NCBI GenBank assembly: GCA_030264375.1 | Contig: JASCQW010000098.1 | Location: 53,919,238-53,983,237 of the forward strand | Direction of reading: 5' to 3' | From: Carcharhinus longimanus | Taxonomy: Eukaryota | Length of the DNA: 64,000 bases | Shown: positions 11,060-24,017 of the stretch, one piece after another | How the letters are laid out: each line of letters starts with the position of its first letter | How positions within the stretch are numbered: the stretch's first letter is position 1 | Position numbers and translations under genes: made by a program | Notes under the pieces: generated by a model | The model's input: the letters and a program-made list of their open reading frames with translations, nothing else | Told to the model about the DNA's origin: nothing | The model's database searches: none

Positions 11060-14000
11060 GACCAAAGTTCAGGTAACCAGGGTAGAGACGAAAAATGACA
11101 CAGAAGTTTCTTGTGGGAGTGGTGTACAGGTTAGCTAATAATAAAACAACATGGTAGGATGGAGAAAATAATGGGAGCTTGTCAGAAAGGTGCAGTGATG
11201 ATCATGGGACTTTAATCTACATAGAGACTAGAAAAATCAGATAGGCAGATGTTGGCTGGATGAGGAGTTCATAGAATATTTTTGGGATAGTTTCCTAGAT
11301 CAGCACATTCTGGAACCAACTAGAGAGCAAGCTTTACTAGACCCGGTATTGTACAATGAGTTGGGATTAATTAATGACCTCATACCGACTAAGTAGCAGG
11401 TATCATAATATGACTGAGTTTTACATTCAGTTTGGGGAAGACAAAAGTGGGTCTACGATTAGTATTTTAAACTTACATAAAGGTAATTGTGAGGGCATGA
11501 AAGCAGAGCCAGCTAAATAGAACTGGCAAATTAGGTTAAGAATAGGTCCAAAGAGATGTAGTGACAGACATTTAAGGGGATATTTCTGAACACACAGAAG
11601 AAATACATTCCAATGAGAAAGAAAAACCCCAAGGGCATGACCCATACCCATGGTTATCTAAAAAAGTTATAGTATCAAACGTAACAAACAAAACACATGA
11701 GTAAAGATGAGGATAGATCAGAAGATTGGAATATAAAAACAGCAAAGAATGACTGAGAGATTGATAAAGTAGGAAAATTAGAGAATGAGAGAAAGATGGC
11801 TAGAAATATAAAGATGGATAGTAAGAGTTTCCATAGTTTTTTTTTAATGTTAGCAAAGTGAGTATTGGTCCTAGAGAAAATGATCTGGGAAAGTAATAAA
11901 GAAAAATGGGACGACAGATGAATTGAACAGGTATTACATCAGTCTTTATTGTAGAGAACACAATTAATATCCCAGGAATAGCTATAAATAGGGAAATGGT
12001 AGGAAAAAATTACAATAAGCGGGGAAATGATATTGAGCAAATGGTTGAAGATGTTTGCTGACAAATCCTGAGATCCATGGACTTATGATTTGATTTGATT
12101 TGATTTATTATTGTCACGTGTCAACATACAGCGTAAAGTATTGTTTCTTACGCACTATACAGACAAAACATAATGTTCATAGAGAAGGAAACAAGATAGT
12201 GCAGAATGTAGTGTTACTGTCATAGTTAGGGTGTAGAGAAAGACCAACTTAATTCAAGCTAAGTCCATTCAAAAGTCTGACATCAGTAAGGAAGAAGCTG
12301 GTCTTGTGTCAGTTGGTATGTGACCTCAGACCCAAGGTTGAATGCACTCAGATCCTGCATGAATCAGCTGGCAGGGGTATCCACAGATATCTTCAACCTG
12401 TCTTTACAACAATCTGAGATCCCTACCTGCTTCAAGAAGATTACCATCATCCTGATACCTAAGAAAACCAAGCTGCTTGGGTTTTTTTTAGGTACTGGGA
12501 TGATGGTCGCCTTCTTGAAGTAGGTAGGGATCTCAGATTGTTGCAAAGAGAGATTGAAGATGTCTGTGAATACCCCCACCAGCTGATCCACGCAGGATAT
12601 GAGTGCACGTCCGGGTACCTCATCCAGACCAGTTGCTTTCCATGTGTTGATCTTCAAGAAAGCTGCTCTGACATCTGCAATGGTGACCTCAGATACAGGT
12701 TCATCCAAGGCTTACAGGGTGGAGGACATGCTTTCGCTGACCTCTTACTCAAAACAGGCGTAGAATGCAATGAGCTCATCAGGGAGGGGTGCATTGGAGC
12801 AGGTGATTTACATGCCTTCATCTTGTAGCCTATTATTTCTTGCAGATCTTGCCATAGTCAGCAGGGGTCAGTGTGGCTAGCCTGGGATTCTAGCTTGGTC
12901 CTGTACTGTCTTTTGGCATCTTTGATGGATTTCTTTAGATCATAACTGGCTCTTTTGTATCGGTCAGTGTCACTTAATTTGAATGTCTCAGATCTGGACT
13001 TCAGCAAGCAGTGGATATCGCTGTTCATCCATGGTTTCCAAGTGGGGAACACATGGATTTACTTCTTTGACGCACAGTCTTCTACACACTTACAAATGAA
13101 GTCAGTTACTGTAGTAGCATACTCATTCAGGCTGGTTGCAGAGTTTTTAAATACTAACCAGTCCACTGATTCCAAGCAGCCCCATAGGAGATTATTTGAT
13201 TCCTCAGACCAACATTGCATGACTTTCTTTGATGGATTCTCCCACTTCAGTTTTTGTTTGTCAGCCGGGAGTAGGAACACAGCCTTGTGGTTTGACTTGC
13301 CAAATTGTGGGCAAACGATAGAGCGGTAGGCATGTCTGATATTTGTGCAGCAGTGGTCTAGGATGTTTGGGCCTCCAGTGGAGCAGGAGACGTGTTGGTG
13401 GTAACTTGGTGGTATGCGCTTGAGCTTGGCCTGATTGAAGTCCTGGCCACGATGAACAAGACCTCGGAATGTTTCGTCTCAAGGCTATTCGTAATGGTGT
13501 GTATTTCATCCAGCACAATCTCCACGTCCGCATGGGATGGGATGTAAACTGCCATCAGGATAACGTAGATGAACAGCCTCAGAAGGTAGTAGGGGCAGCA
13601 TTTTAGCATCAGGTATTCTAGGTCTGGGGAGCAGAAAGTTCCAGTTTTGCTATGTCAAGGCACCACGAGGTGTTGATTGGGAAGCAGACCCACCTCCCTT
13701 AGCCTTGCCTGAGGATGCTGTGTGGTCCATTCGATGGACTGAGAAGGCCTCTGGTTGTAGGGCATTGTCCAGTGAAGCATGAGTGAGCCGCATCTCCATG
13801 AAACAGAATACACAGCAGTCCCTCAAGACTTTATCTTCGGGTCTTAAAAGAAGTGATTATTGAGGTAGTTAATGTATTGGCTTTAATTTTCCAAAATTCC
13901 CTAGTTTCTGGAGAGGTCCCATGAGATTGTAACTTCTGTATTCAAAAAGGGACAGGCCAGTTAACTTAACATCTGTCAGTGGGAAAATGTTAGAAGCTGT

Positions 14001-15280
14001 TACTAAAGAGCAGAGTACTTTGAAAATCAGGTACTCAGGCAGGGTCAACAAAATTTTGTGAAAGTGAAATCATGTTTAATCAATTTATTGGAGTTCTATG
14101 AAGAAGTCATATGCTGTGGATAAAGGGGAACCAGTAAATGTACTAAGATTTCCAAAAGGCATTTTATAAGTTGCCACACCAAAGGTTATTGTGAAAATGA
14201 AAGCTCATGGAGTAGGGGGTAATATATTGGCATGGATAGATGACTGGATAGCTAACAGGTAGGCAAGATGTAATGAGTGGTATGCCACAGGGATTAGCGC
14301 TGGGGTCCCAATTTTTCACAATTCATATAAATGACTTGGATGAAATTACAGAAGGTATGATTGCTAAATTTATTAACACAAAGATAGGTATGAAAGTAAG
14401 TTGTGAAAAGGACAATAAGAAGGCTACAAAGGGACACAGATAGAAATTCAACAAATGGAGTATAATGTGAGAAAATGTGAAACTGTCCAATTTGGCAAGA
14501 ACATTCAAAGAACATTTGGCAAGATATTCATATTGTCTAAATGGTGAGTGACTGCAGAGCTTTGAGATGCAGGGGATGTCTGGGTGTCCTGGTGCATGAA
14601 TCACAGAAGGTTAATACACAGATTCAACAAGTAATTAGGAAATCTAACAGAATGTTATCATTTATTGTGAGGGGAATTGAATATGAAAGTAGTGAGGTTA
14701 TGCTTCATTTGTACAGGACATTGGTGAGGCCATGTCAGACCAACTCTTTATTTAACTTTCTTTATAAGGAACAATGTTAATGCATTGGGAACGATTCAGG
14801 GAAGGTTTATTAGACTAATACTTAGAATGGGCAGATTGCCCTATGAATAAAGGCTGGATAGTCTAGGTTTGCATCCACTGGAGTTTAGGAAAATAAGAGT
14901 TGACTTGATTGAAACATGCAAGATCCTGAGGAGTTTTGACAAGGTGGATGTGAAGAAGATGTTTCCCGTTGCAGGAGAATCTAGAACTAAAGGTCACTGT
15001 TTAAAAATATGGCAGCGCCCATTTAAGACAGGGAAGAGGAGAATTTTTTTTCCCTCATAGAGTCATGAATCTTTGGAACTCTCTTCCTCAAAAGGCAGTG
15101 GCAAAGAGCCTTTGTATACTTTTAAAGCAGAACTAGATATATTCTTGATTAATAAGGGAGTGTTAGATTATAGGAGGTAGGTTGGGATGTGGGGTTGAGG
15201 TTACAGTCAGACCAGTTACAATCTTATTGAATGTCAGAGGGTCTGAGTGACCTACTCCTGCTCCTAATTCACATGTTCAA
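11060..15280 (+). mobile_element. CR1 LINE ORF2 (APE, RT, 3' tail), decayed and split by a Rex1 insertion
   Basis: APE/tether at 11060-12085 and RT at 13830-15060 (LGVLVHESQKVNTQIQQVIRKSNRMLSFI...LYRTLVRP). CR1 tail CCTACTCCTGCTCCTAATTC at ~15250-15270. Confidence 0.9.
12086..13826 (-). mobile_element. Rex1/Babar LINE with internal deletion and foldback duplication
   Basis: CCPYYL...VILMAVYIPSHADV (APE), [30 protein letters not shown]. (GATTT)n tail at 12086. Host flanks GACTTAT/GACTTTAT. Confidence 0.9.
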
Positions 15281-16129
15281 AGCTGGGTCCCTCAATGAGA
15301 TATAGGCCTATCTTCTGCATGAGCAACAGGGCTACATGTCCAGTAACTTTCTGATTTCTGTATTTAACTATGCTTGCCAGAAGTTGATAGCTGATTTCTG
15401 GGTACTGAAGAAGTTATATTGGACTTGAAATGTTAATCCCATCTTCACTCCAGAGTGCTGCATTTATCTAGCACTTCTTTATTTTTTTATTTCAGATTTT
15501 CAACATCTGCAGTATTTTTCTTTTATTTTGATATCTGATTTACCCGTGAATAGCTGTAGTAGAGATATATCCTCACCATTATGTCTACAGCAAGATCTGA
15601 CCCAGTAGTTTTTACTCTCCCATTCTAAATTCTTGGATTCAGGTTATTTGAAGATATTTTTCTATTGAGTATGCATATTTAATTTTAAATACTTAATTTA
15701 CAGAGGTTATGGTTCCATGGCTATATTCAAAAAATTACAGTGATAACCAGAGCTTCTCCCACAGCTGAACTTGTCCACTTCATGTCATGTTGAATAAATT
15801 GATTAATAATCTGAGTCATTGCATTAGACTCTGCTACAGCAGTTTCATTTGAGTAGTGGTTTTGTTTTCATATAAAAAATAAGATTTAATACAAGTTTAA
15901 TTTTAAAGCCAATTCTATTTAAAAATTTACATATCTCATTTAGAATTGTTTCTTAGTATCTTTATTAAAATACACCACTATTTAAAATATTAGATTTATG
16001 GCAAAAACTTTGAACTTTTATCCATAACACCTACATCTTGAAAATAGATAATCCAATTACAATCATCCCTGATATATTTGCAATCGGCCTGAGGCTGAGA
16101 CATGGAGAAATAACAAGGCACGTGACTTC

Positions 16130-16270
16130 ATGAAATTGCTGGAATTTTTAAATAGAATTTGCGATAGGACATTTTTAATTAAAAAAACAAAACAGTGCCA
16201 TGGGATCTTTTACATCCACCTGCACATCAGTTTAATGTCTCATCTGAAAGTCAGCACATTCAACAATGTT
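16130..16270 (-). mobile_element. DeuSINE fragment
   Basis: AGTGCCATGGGATCTTTTACATCCACCTG...GTTTAATGTCTCATCTGAAAG is the reverse complement of the Deu domain. Confidence 0.7.
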
Positions 16271-16339
16271 AACCTAGTTTATGGAAGTCTTGGAAATGAA
16301 TCTTGTTACTTGTAGCCAATACTGATACACATAAATATT

Positions 16340-16920
16340 GCCATTAGCACCTGCCTTAGCCTTTACTCTGCCATTAACACTCCTTTTGTCTTCTTCTATA
16401 ATATCTTTGTTAAAACACCCCCTGAGCTCCTAATTGATCTTCTATTTTGCTTCGCCCCTCTCTCCAACAGTATAGAGTCCATACCTCTCTTCAATTCTGA
16501 AGAAATCATAGAACCATAGAATACCTACAGTGCCAAAGGAGGCCATTCATTCCATCGAGCCTGCAACAACAATAATTCCCTCTAGGACCTATCCCCATGG
16601 TCCCATATATTTACCCTGCAAGTCCCCACTAAGTGGCAATTTAGCATGGCCAGTCAATCTAACTTGCAACCTATGAAGTCATACAGACTTGAAAAAATGG
16701 GTGGTATTTCCCAGCCTCACTCATCCCGAAACCATAAAATCCTGCCCGAGGTCAGCGGATCTTTCAATAGTCTGCCCCTTGCCCATTTCAATTCACATGA
16801 TGGGTGGGATGGTGAAATTCCAGCCACTGACCCGGTTTCTCCCTCCACAGACCTGGTCATTTTTTCCAGCATTTTCTGATTCTATTTTAGATTTCCAGCA
16901 TCTGCAGTAATTTGCTTTTG
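16340..16920 (+). mobile_element. Penelope-terminus fragment interrupted by a minus-strand HE1 SINE 3' piece (~16505-16672) and a MITE piece
   Basis: TTCTGAAGAA | HE1 tail | GAAGTCATACAGACTTGAAA. The fragment ends ...AGATTTCCAGCATCTGCAGTAATTTGC like 4625-4650. Confidence 0.65.
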
Positions 16921-17150
16921 TATAAATATTGTCATCAGTTTTCTGTTCAGAGCATCAGTAGTAATCTATTCACTTTAGTGGATTCCTGTCATACTAGGAT
17001 GGACAAGCCTGGACCGTAATAACGAATGTATGGTATGCAAATAAAATGGGNNNNNNNNNNNNNNNNNNNNNNNNNNNNNNNNNNNNNNNNNNNNNNNNNN
17101 NNNNNNNNNNNNNNNNNNNNNNNNNNNNNNNNNNNNNNNNNNNNNNNNNN

Positions 17151-17410
17151 TCTTCATGCCGATGGTTAGCACTGACTTTTTGCCTCTGAGGTCACGGTTC
17201 AAATCCAGTCCAAACTGATGGGATGAAAATCTCATCTCTACGCTGGGTGTTAAAGTTCTGGGCAGCCGAGGTCTTACAGGGATCACAGAATGTTTGGTGT
17301 GAGAAAAATGTCAGACAGGTGCAACAGGGAAGGATTGTTTCATGTCTGCCCTCAGGCTATCTGTAATCCCCCCACGTCCAGGTAATCCATCTCTCAGAAC
17401 AGTGGAAGAT
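17151..17410 (+). mobile_element. tRNA-headed SINE of unassigned family
   Basis: TGGTTAGCAC (A-box-like) and GGTTCAAATCC (B-box) immediately after a gap. Confidence 0.4.
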
Positions 17411-17825
17411 TAAACAAAAATGACAAATTCACTCTAAAAATCCTCATAGTTGCTGTTTCCTAGGATATCAGCCTGGGTTTATCAAGATTAATATGAAGGA
17501 GCTAGTAGGCTAGTGGATAACTTTAAAAAACCACAGCCCTACTGCCACAATTTATAATTTAGATGTTCTACAAAGACAACCTCCTTATGGTGGAATACAT
17601 TATGGTTCCATTTGGCTTACAGTAGAGAAAAACCATCTGTTGCTACCAATCTTAATTAAAATGTTACCATCTGTGGTTGTCAAGCAGATTAAGACAGAAA
17701 GGTGGGGTGGCTGCAGAAAGATATGAAACGACTAGACTAGGCAGTTTGGTCCCATATGGACTTAATTTACACCAGGAGGAGCTGGTATGTACAAACAGCT
17801 CAGGTAAACTGCATTGCAGAAATCA

Positions 17826-18137
17826 GGGCTGGAATTCTCCAATCTTGTACACCCCGTCACAGCAGCTAGCGGGAATGGAGAATTTGGCGCTCGGCCAAAT
17901 TTCCATTCACTGCAGCTGGACCGGAGAATCACAGTGCAGGTGAGGTCGGAGAATTCCAACCCAGATTTGTGACTTTCAAGATAAGGAGTAACAGGCACCG
18001 GAAAAAGCCTGGGCAGAATTTTCCCATCCTGCCTGCCAGGAGAATCATTGCCGGCAGGACATAGACCATGCAAAGATCCTTTGACTTCGAGCAGGATTTT
18101 CCGACCTGGGGTAAGCGTGGCCAGAAAGTCGCACCCC
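17826..18137. mobile_element. Two ~130-bp MITEs with GGGC-type TIRs (17826-17962 and ~18011-18137)
   Basis: GGGCTGGAATTCTCC...GGAGAATTCCAACCC and GGGCAGAATTTTCC...GAAAGTCGCACCC. Relatives at ~44354-44491 and ~58420-58560. Confidence 0.7.
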
Positions 18138-18221
18138 AGAGTGATTTCCATCAGGTGGAAGAGTTAACACATCAGAAGGATGATTAGGACTGTGATCATG
18201 AGAATTTTTATTGCAACTTAG

Positions 18222-18356
18222 TATCAGCGTTTGCATGAAAGGGATTCCAAATTATGGTCTTATGTGAACACTCGGCAAATTCTAGATGAACTCGGGTTGA
18301 CATCCCAGGAAACAGCTGTCAAATTCAAGCATGGTACTTTCCATGCTGAATTTGAT
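18222..18356 (+). CDS. Candidate internal coding exon of an unidentified gene (135 nt, phase 0-0)
   Basis: tttttattgcaacttag | exon | gtaagt. Open frame YQRLHERDSKLWSYVNTRQILDELGLTSQETAVKFKHGTFHAEFD in non-repetitive sequence. Protein not recognised. Confidence 0.45.
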
Positions 18357-19159
18357 GTAAGTAAGCCTATAGACTTGACTACTTGTTAAACACTTCCCTG
18401 ACTACTATAATAGATCAGACTGACACCTGTTTCTTTCTTCTTTCTCTCTGTCTCACACCTCGAATTACATCCAGGTCACTGCACTGAGCCCTCTAATAAA
18501 AGGCAGATTTTATTCACAGCTTCCTATCATTTCAGTATCAGTTCCATCCTCAACCTTCATGCACACAGTCAGCAGTATTAACCTATTGTGTCCCAATAGG
18601 GATAGCGTAAGCTCTTTGTTAAAAATGGAACCGGTGTAATTTCAATCAAAACTGGCACTGCCTGATCAGAAATATGCCAATATATAAAAATATAAGATGA
18701 TAAACCAAGCATCTTTCAATTGATCGTCTGTTTTCTGCAACATCTGCTATAGTTCTCCACACCCCAAACAACTGTTTCAAAAAAGGAAGCATTTTTGTTC
18801 ATGGTGGATTATTTATTGGATACCTTCTTGCCGATCATTGTACATAGGCCTTAAGATTAATTATTGGCTGTTTCCTAAATTGCAGACAGTATATGTTTCA
18901 ATATATATGTCATCTGCACTTGCCCTTTGTTCTTGTGGAACAGCAGATAGTTTAATAAGCTAATATTTACTGAGTGCAGATCTATTAGTGTAATTCACTG
19001 ATCCTGATAGTGTTTGATTAAAAATGGGTGTTCTACATTCACATGTCTCAAACTTCAAAGGATACTTAAGAGAAAGGTACACAGTAAACTGCATTGGGAG
19101 TTAAGGATATAAACAATGACATTTCAATGTTCACTTGTATATTGAGGATGAAATAAAGA

Positions 19160-19470
19160 AAGTCTTATGCACTTATAGTGCTTTACATGTGCACTGAACG
19201 TATCAAATTACTTTACAGCTAATGAAGTACTTTTGAAATGTTGTCCTGTTGCACGGTAGAAATCCAACAAATTTTTACAACATAACCAACTCCCAACATG
19301 ATAAAGAAGGATATCCTAATTCTGTGATGCTGATTGAGGAATAAATATTGGCCAGAGCACTGAGGATAACTCCTCTGCTCTTCATCAAAGTAGCACCACG
19401 GGATCATTTACATCCACCTAAGCAGCCTGATGTGGCCTCAGTTTACCATCTCATCAGAAAGACAGTGCCG
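19160..19470 (-). mobile_element. DeuSINE (Deu domain plus tail)
   Basis: AAATATTGGCCAGAGCAC...CTGCTCTTC...GGGATCATTTACATCCACC...CATCTCATCAGAAAGACAG is the reverse complement of the Deu domain. Confidence 0.8.
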
Positions 19471-19534
19471 TGTGTGAGGACAAGCTTCTGTTGTTTTTCT
19501 GACATTTGGAAAACAACAAAATTTACATGTATAA

Positions 19535-20156
19535 TGGGGGTGATTTTGAGCCTGCATTAGCTGTCAGCGTAAACAATGACACAGACCCAAAATCCCACAA
19601 GAGTCGGGAAATGTGAATCTCTCTAGCGAGATTCCTTTCTCGATTTCTCACATCCCTCACCCATGATGTAACGAGGTTCCCACCATTCAATCAATTTTAA
19701 TGACCTTAAATGTAATTATAAGGCTTCCCTGCAATGCATTCCCCCCTCACTGCACATCATACATGTCGGTGAGGCTTACTACAGGTTTTTAAAAATGTGA
19801 AGCAGCCGAGGAGAACCTGCCAGGGGCAATAAGGTAAGCATAGTCTTTAAAGATGGCACCCCAATCTCTGTGAAGCAGGCAATGCCAGCTTTATCAGGCC
19901 TCGCCCTATCAGAGTGACAGCAAAAAACATGCCTCCAGATTTATTTTTCACACAGAGCACTAAAGTCTGTTTTAATAATTCGGATCCCGTTGATCAACAT
20001 GATCTTTCAGATTCCATGGAGAAATTTTAATGTTTAAAATCCAAAATTTTAAAAGTTTAAGAATTTTTAAGTTTAAAATTTATTTATTTAAAAAACTTGG
20101 ACACCAGTTTTCTCACCTTAGCCAGCACTCTGTGCACTGAGGGAAAGATTCTGCCC
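19535..20156. mobile_element. Non-autonomous TIR element (GGGC-type ends)
   Basis: GGGGGTGATTTT...AGATTCTGCCC. A similar element at ~21215-21940 ends AAAATTCCGCCC. Confidence 0.5.
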
Positions 20157-22423
20157 AATAAGTATATTGCTTGTACTAAGTATTGCTCATTTACAATGTG
20201 GACAGTCTTGTAATTTATAACTTAAGTTAGGGGATCTGATAGAATTTTTATTCTTTCACCAGCTGCACATAAGGAGAATAATGATAATACTTTAAACAGG
20301 CCCATTACTTCAATATTGAACAGGTTTTAAAAAAGACAGCATGGACAAGTTGGGCCGAAGGGCCTGTTTCCATGCTGTAAACCTCTATGACACTAAAGAC
20401 ATTCTCTTTGTTTTATGGGGGACTCCAGTTGCAGCTGTACAAGTAAATAAAAATGTCAAAACATATGAAAATATCTAGAGTGGCAACTTCAAAATGTAAC
20501 AGCTTACTTTAAATTACTTTAAACCAGTATCTGAATGAAATCCTTTGAACATGACAGCAGACACTGGGCTAAATTTCCTTGGAATTATGGATTGTTGGAA
20601 ATGAGAATAAGTAAGGCATTCTTTACAGTTGAATGCACAAGAACATAAGAAACAAGGCTTGGGTGATTTATATAATCATTCGAACGGCAAAGTTTAAGTT
20701 ATAACCTTATTTTCATTCCCTACTATCATTAATAATTTTCTAACGTAGACTGTGCCAAATAAAATGACGACGCATTAATGACAGTTCAAAGATAAGCTCA
20801 AATTACATTATCAAGGATGATGAGAGGCTATCGTTATGTTATCATCCCAGTACAAAGGGCTGGAATTCCCATTTTGGCAATGCAATCACAGCAGCCATAT
20901 ATAGTTTTTGTTGTGCAGTTAATATATCATTTTCTGCAACCTCGCATGGCAATTTACTGTCAATAATAAGTTAAGCCACTCAACAGAACAAAGCAATGCA
21001 AATTTAATAGCTTAATGACAGAGTGTGAATCATTTGACTTTGTCAATGAGCATAGTTCATACTCCACTCATGGTCAATAAAGGAAATGAAAATGGCCTGT
21101 CAAACTATTTAAGTGAAGCCACATTTCAAAGAACAGAATTTCTTAATTAAGTTGTGAAAGGAACATGTAAATAATTTAATGTTTCTTGATGTAAATGGCA
21201 AATATGCCAAATATACATCAGGTCCCCAAATGACAGGATTTCCTGTTCTGATTGTCTCTACCCCCTGCCAATGATGTAATGCGGTTCCTGCCTTGAAAAA
21301 TCGGGAATCCTTTTATCATATATTTACATCTAATTAGCAAGCTTTCACACTCTATCATCCTCCCACATCAGATAACCCCCTGTCAGAGTGGTCTTAACAA
21401 GCTGGGATCCGGTGAAGTGAATCCACCTGGGGAGCACATGTAATTACAGCCCTTGGAGGGAGGAGGTCATGCCCAGGCAGTATCCTGCTAGGGCCCTGGC
21501 ACTTCCCAGGGTCAGTGTCAGGGGGCACTTCCAGGGAGGAGGAGCTTCTGTTGGGGTGCTCTGTGGGGGGGAGGGGAGCGCTTCCCAAAGTCCAAAGGGA
21601 GAGTCCTCTGAGTCTGTGGGAAAGGGAGGGTCTTCCTGTGTCCATGGGAGAATGGGAGTTCCATGTGTCAATGGGGAGGGGTTTCCTGTGACTGTGGGGG
21701 GAAGGATGCTCCCTCAGAGGAGGGAGGTCCATGTCCATGGAAGGATCTTTTGTTTATGTTTTTTTTCTCAGATCAAGAAGTCCTTCAAAGGAAAGCTGAG
21801 GTTGGTTGTGGGGCAAGCCCCTCAACATCACAGACTAAGGGTCAAAAAATATGACAGGAAAAGCCGGCAATGGAGCAGATGGTAGAACCATCACATCTCC
21901 TGTCTGAGTTAACAGTTAGTAAATGATAAAATTCCGCCCCACAATATTTCATCAGCACCCATAGTTGCCAATTTTAAACCAGGACAATATCTTTGTTTAT
22001 ACCCAGTTGTCAGTGACATTGAGGAACTCCTTAGTTTGGGAAGCAACTGTCATTTGGTGATCCAGGTGCCTGCAGTGTTGGGGATCGCCCTGTCTGAGGA
22101 ATATACAAGTGTCACTAAAATTCACAAGCACATAATGTGATCAGGGAAATATTCCGGTGTACCAGCTGCTTTTTTCATGCACTGACTTGTTAGAATCTGC
22201 GCCAACAAATTATAGCCCAAAAATCACCTTTTCCAGATTTCCCAGACATCTAAATATTTGCCCACACACTCATGTCCATTGGTAACAATAATCTGCTAAC
22301 CTTACCTGCTTATATATTAATTGTCCTCTTTTAGAGGAACTATCTCAAATTCTCAACAATGGGATTGGTGATCAGCAATATCTTCCTGTTTAATCTTCTT
22401 TTAAAATGTTATTACTTTCTCAG

Positions 22424-22605
22424 AGTTACAAACTTTATGCACAGAGTGGACAAGGGAAGCCCCTATCCCATCTCCTTGCTTTCTCCACAAAGCAATTCAA
22501 ATTCAAATTGAATCCAATTCATGGTTCCCACAAAAGGGACATACAAGATGCATGCTGACAAGAGCAATCTTTACACCTGATCTGGACTTGATCCTATGCT
22601 TGATC
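22424..22605 (-). mobile_element. U2 snRNA-derived element, 5'-truncated copy
   Basis: Minus strand GCAAGGAGATGGGATAGGGGCTTCCCTTGTCCACTCTGTGCAT versus U2 GCAGGGAGATGGAATAGGAGCTTGCTCCGTCCACTCCACGCAT. It shares GAATTGGATTCAATTTGAATT with the other copies. Confidence 0.75.
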
Positions 22606-22819
22606 GTCTTCAAGATTGCTTTAACTATGTCTACAGTATTTTAGCACTAATTGTCTCTTTTCCTCCAGAGAAGAATTTCCTTCCTAGTTAGGGTTACCAA
22701 CTTATTTGTATCTTTACTTCATCCTGTATGAATGATGAGCACTCACTTTTGTGTTTGCTACTGAAATAATGGCTGTGCTTATTGCCAACACAAGTACAGG
22801 AGGTGAAAACTATGTCCCT

Positions 22820-23080
22820 ATGACAACAACCAGAGGGCATGGATATAAACTAATTGGCAAAAGAACCAGAGGCGAGATGTGGAGATCATTGTTTGTTATA
22901 CTCAGTAAGTGGTGATCTGGACCACACCACCTGAAAGGATGGTGGAAACAGACTCAATAATAACTCGTAAAGATGAATTGGGCGTATATTTGAAAGGACA
23001 AAAATGCAGTCCTTTGGGGAAAGAGCATGGGAGTGGGATTAATTGGACAGCTCTTTCAAAGAGCCATCTCAGGCACTGAA
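22820..23080 (+). mobile_element. CR1 LINE 3' fragment
   Basis: ACCAGAGGGCATGGATATAAAC...TGGAACCACACCACCTGAAAGGATGGTGGAA corresponds to the CR1 C-terminal RGH..K..WN.LP region. Confidence 0.7.
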
Positions 23081-23374
23081 ACAAATCCCTCTTTCTTGAG
23101 AACATTTGCATTTGTTCTCACAGTCTGTAACCAGCTTTAAGTAATATGATTAAACAAGTATCAAAAGACAGGACATTAGGTGATGTAAATGCTATTGTAC
23201 CCCCATCTGTTCATTATGCCTAACAAAATTAAGAGAAGAAATAAGGTTTTAACAACTGGCAACAAATTAGCTACTCATGAAATGTTCGGCTAAGGTTTCC
23301 AAAAATTAAATAATAAAGCTTCTGCTATTGCAAGAAGTCCGCAAAATACACTGCAGCAACTCACCAAGGCATGT

Positions 23375-23515
23375 TCTCCACTACGCTTTCTGAAGTCGAT
23401 GACTATTCTTCCTTTTGTTGACATTAAGGGAGAGATTATTATCGGCGCACCAGTTCACCAGATTCTCTATCTCTTTCCTGTACTCCGTCTCGTCATTGTT
23501 TGAGGTCCAACCTTT
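23375..23515 (-). mobile_element. Rex1/Babar RT fragment
   Basis: Closely similar to 29650-29790 (NNDETEYRKEIENLVNWC). Confidence 0.85.
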
Positions 23516-23622
23516 CTCTCTCNNNNNNNNNNNNNNNNNNNNNNNNNNNNNNNNNNNNNNNNNNNNNNNNNNNNNNNNNNNNNNNNNNNNNNNNNNNNNN
23601 NNNNNNNNNNNNNNNNNNNNNN

Positions 23623-24017
23623 GAGTGTGAAGCAGACCGGGAGGAGTGTGAAGCAGACCGGGAGGAGTGTGAAGCAGAGCGGGAGGAGTGTGAAGCAGAG
23701 CGGGAGGAGTGTGAAGCAGAGCGGGAGGAGTGTGAAGCAGACCGGGAGGAGTGTGAAGCAGACCGGGATGAGTGTGAAGCAGACCGGGAGGAGTGTGAAG
23801 CAGACCGGGATGAGTGTGAAGCAGACCGGGAGGAGGGTGAAGCAGACCGGGAGGAGTGTGAAGCAGACCGGGAGGAGTGTGAAGCAGACCGGGAGGAGGG
23901 TGAAGCAGACCGGGAGGAGTGTGAAGCAGACCGGGATGAGTGTGAAGCAGAGCGGGAGGAGGGTGAAGCAGAGCGGGAGGAGTGTGAAGCAGACCGGGAG
24001 GAGTGTGAAGCAGACCA
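23623..24017. repeat. 21-bp minisatellite, ~19 visible units, next to a gap
   Basis: Unit GAGTGTGAAGCAGACCGGGAG with a few variant positions. Confidence 0.95.

Larger units (their letters stand above)
10160..15603. mobile_element. TIR element expanded by nested LINE insertions
   Basis: GGGCCAGGTTTTGCTATAG at 10160 versus reverse complement GGGTCAGATCTTGCTGTAG at 15603. Weaker inverted similarity continues ~70 bp inward (TAAATCAGATA at ~10217 and ~15533). Confidence 0.55.
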
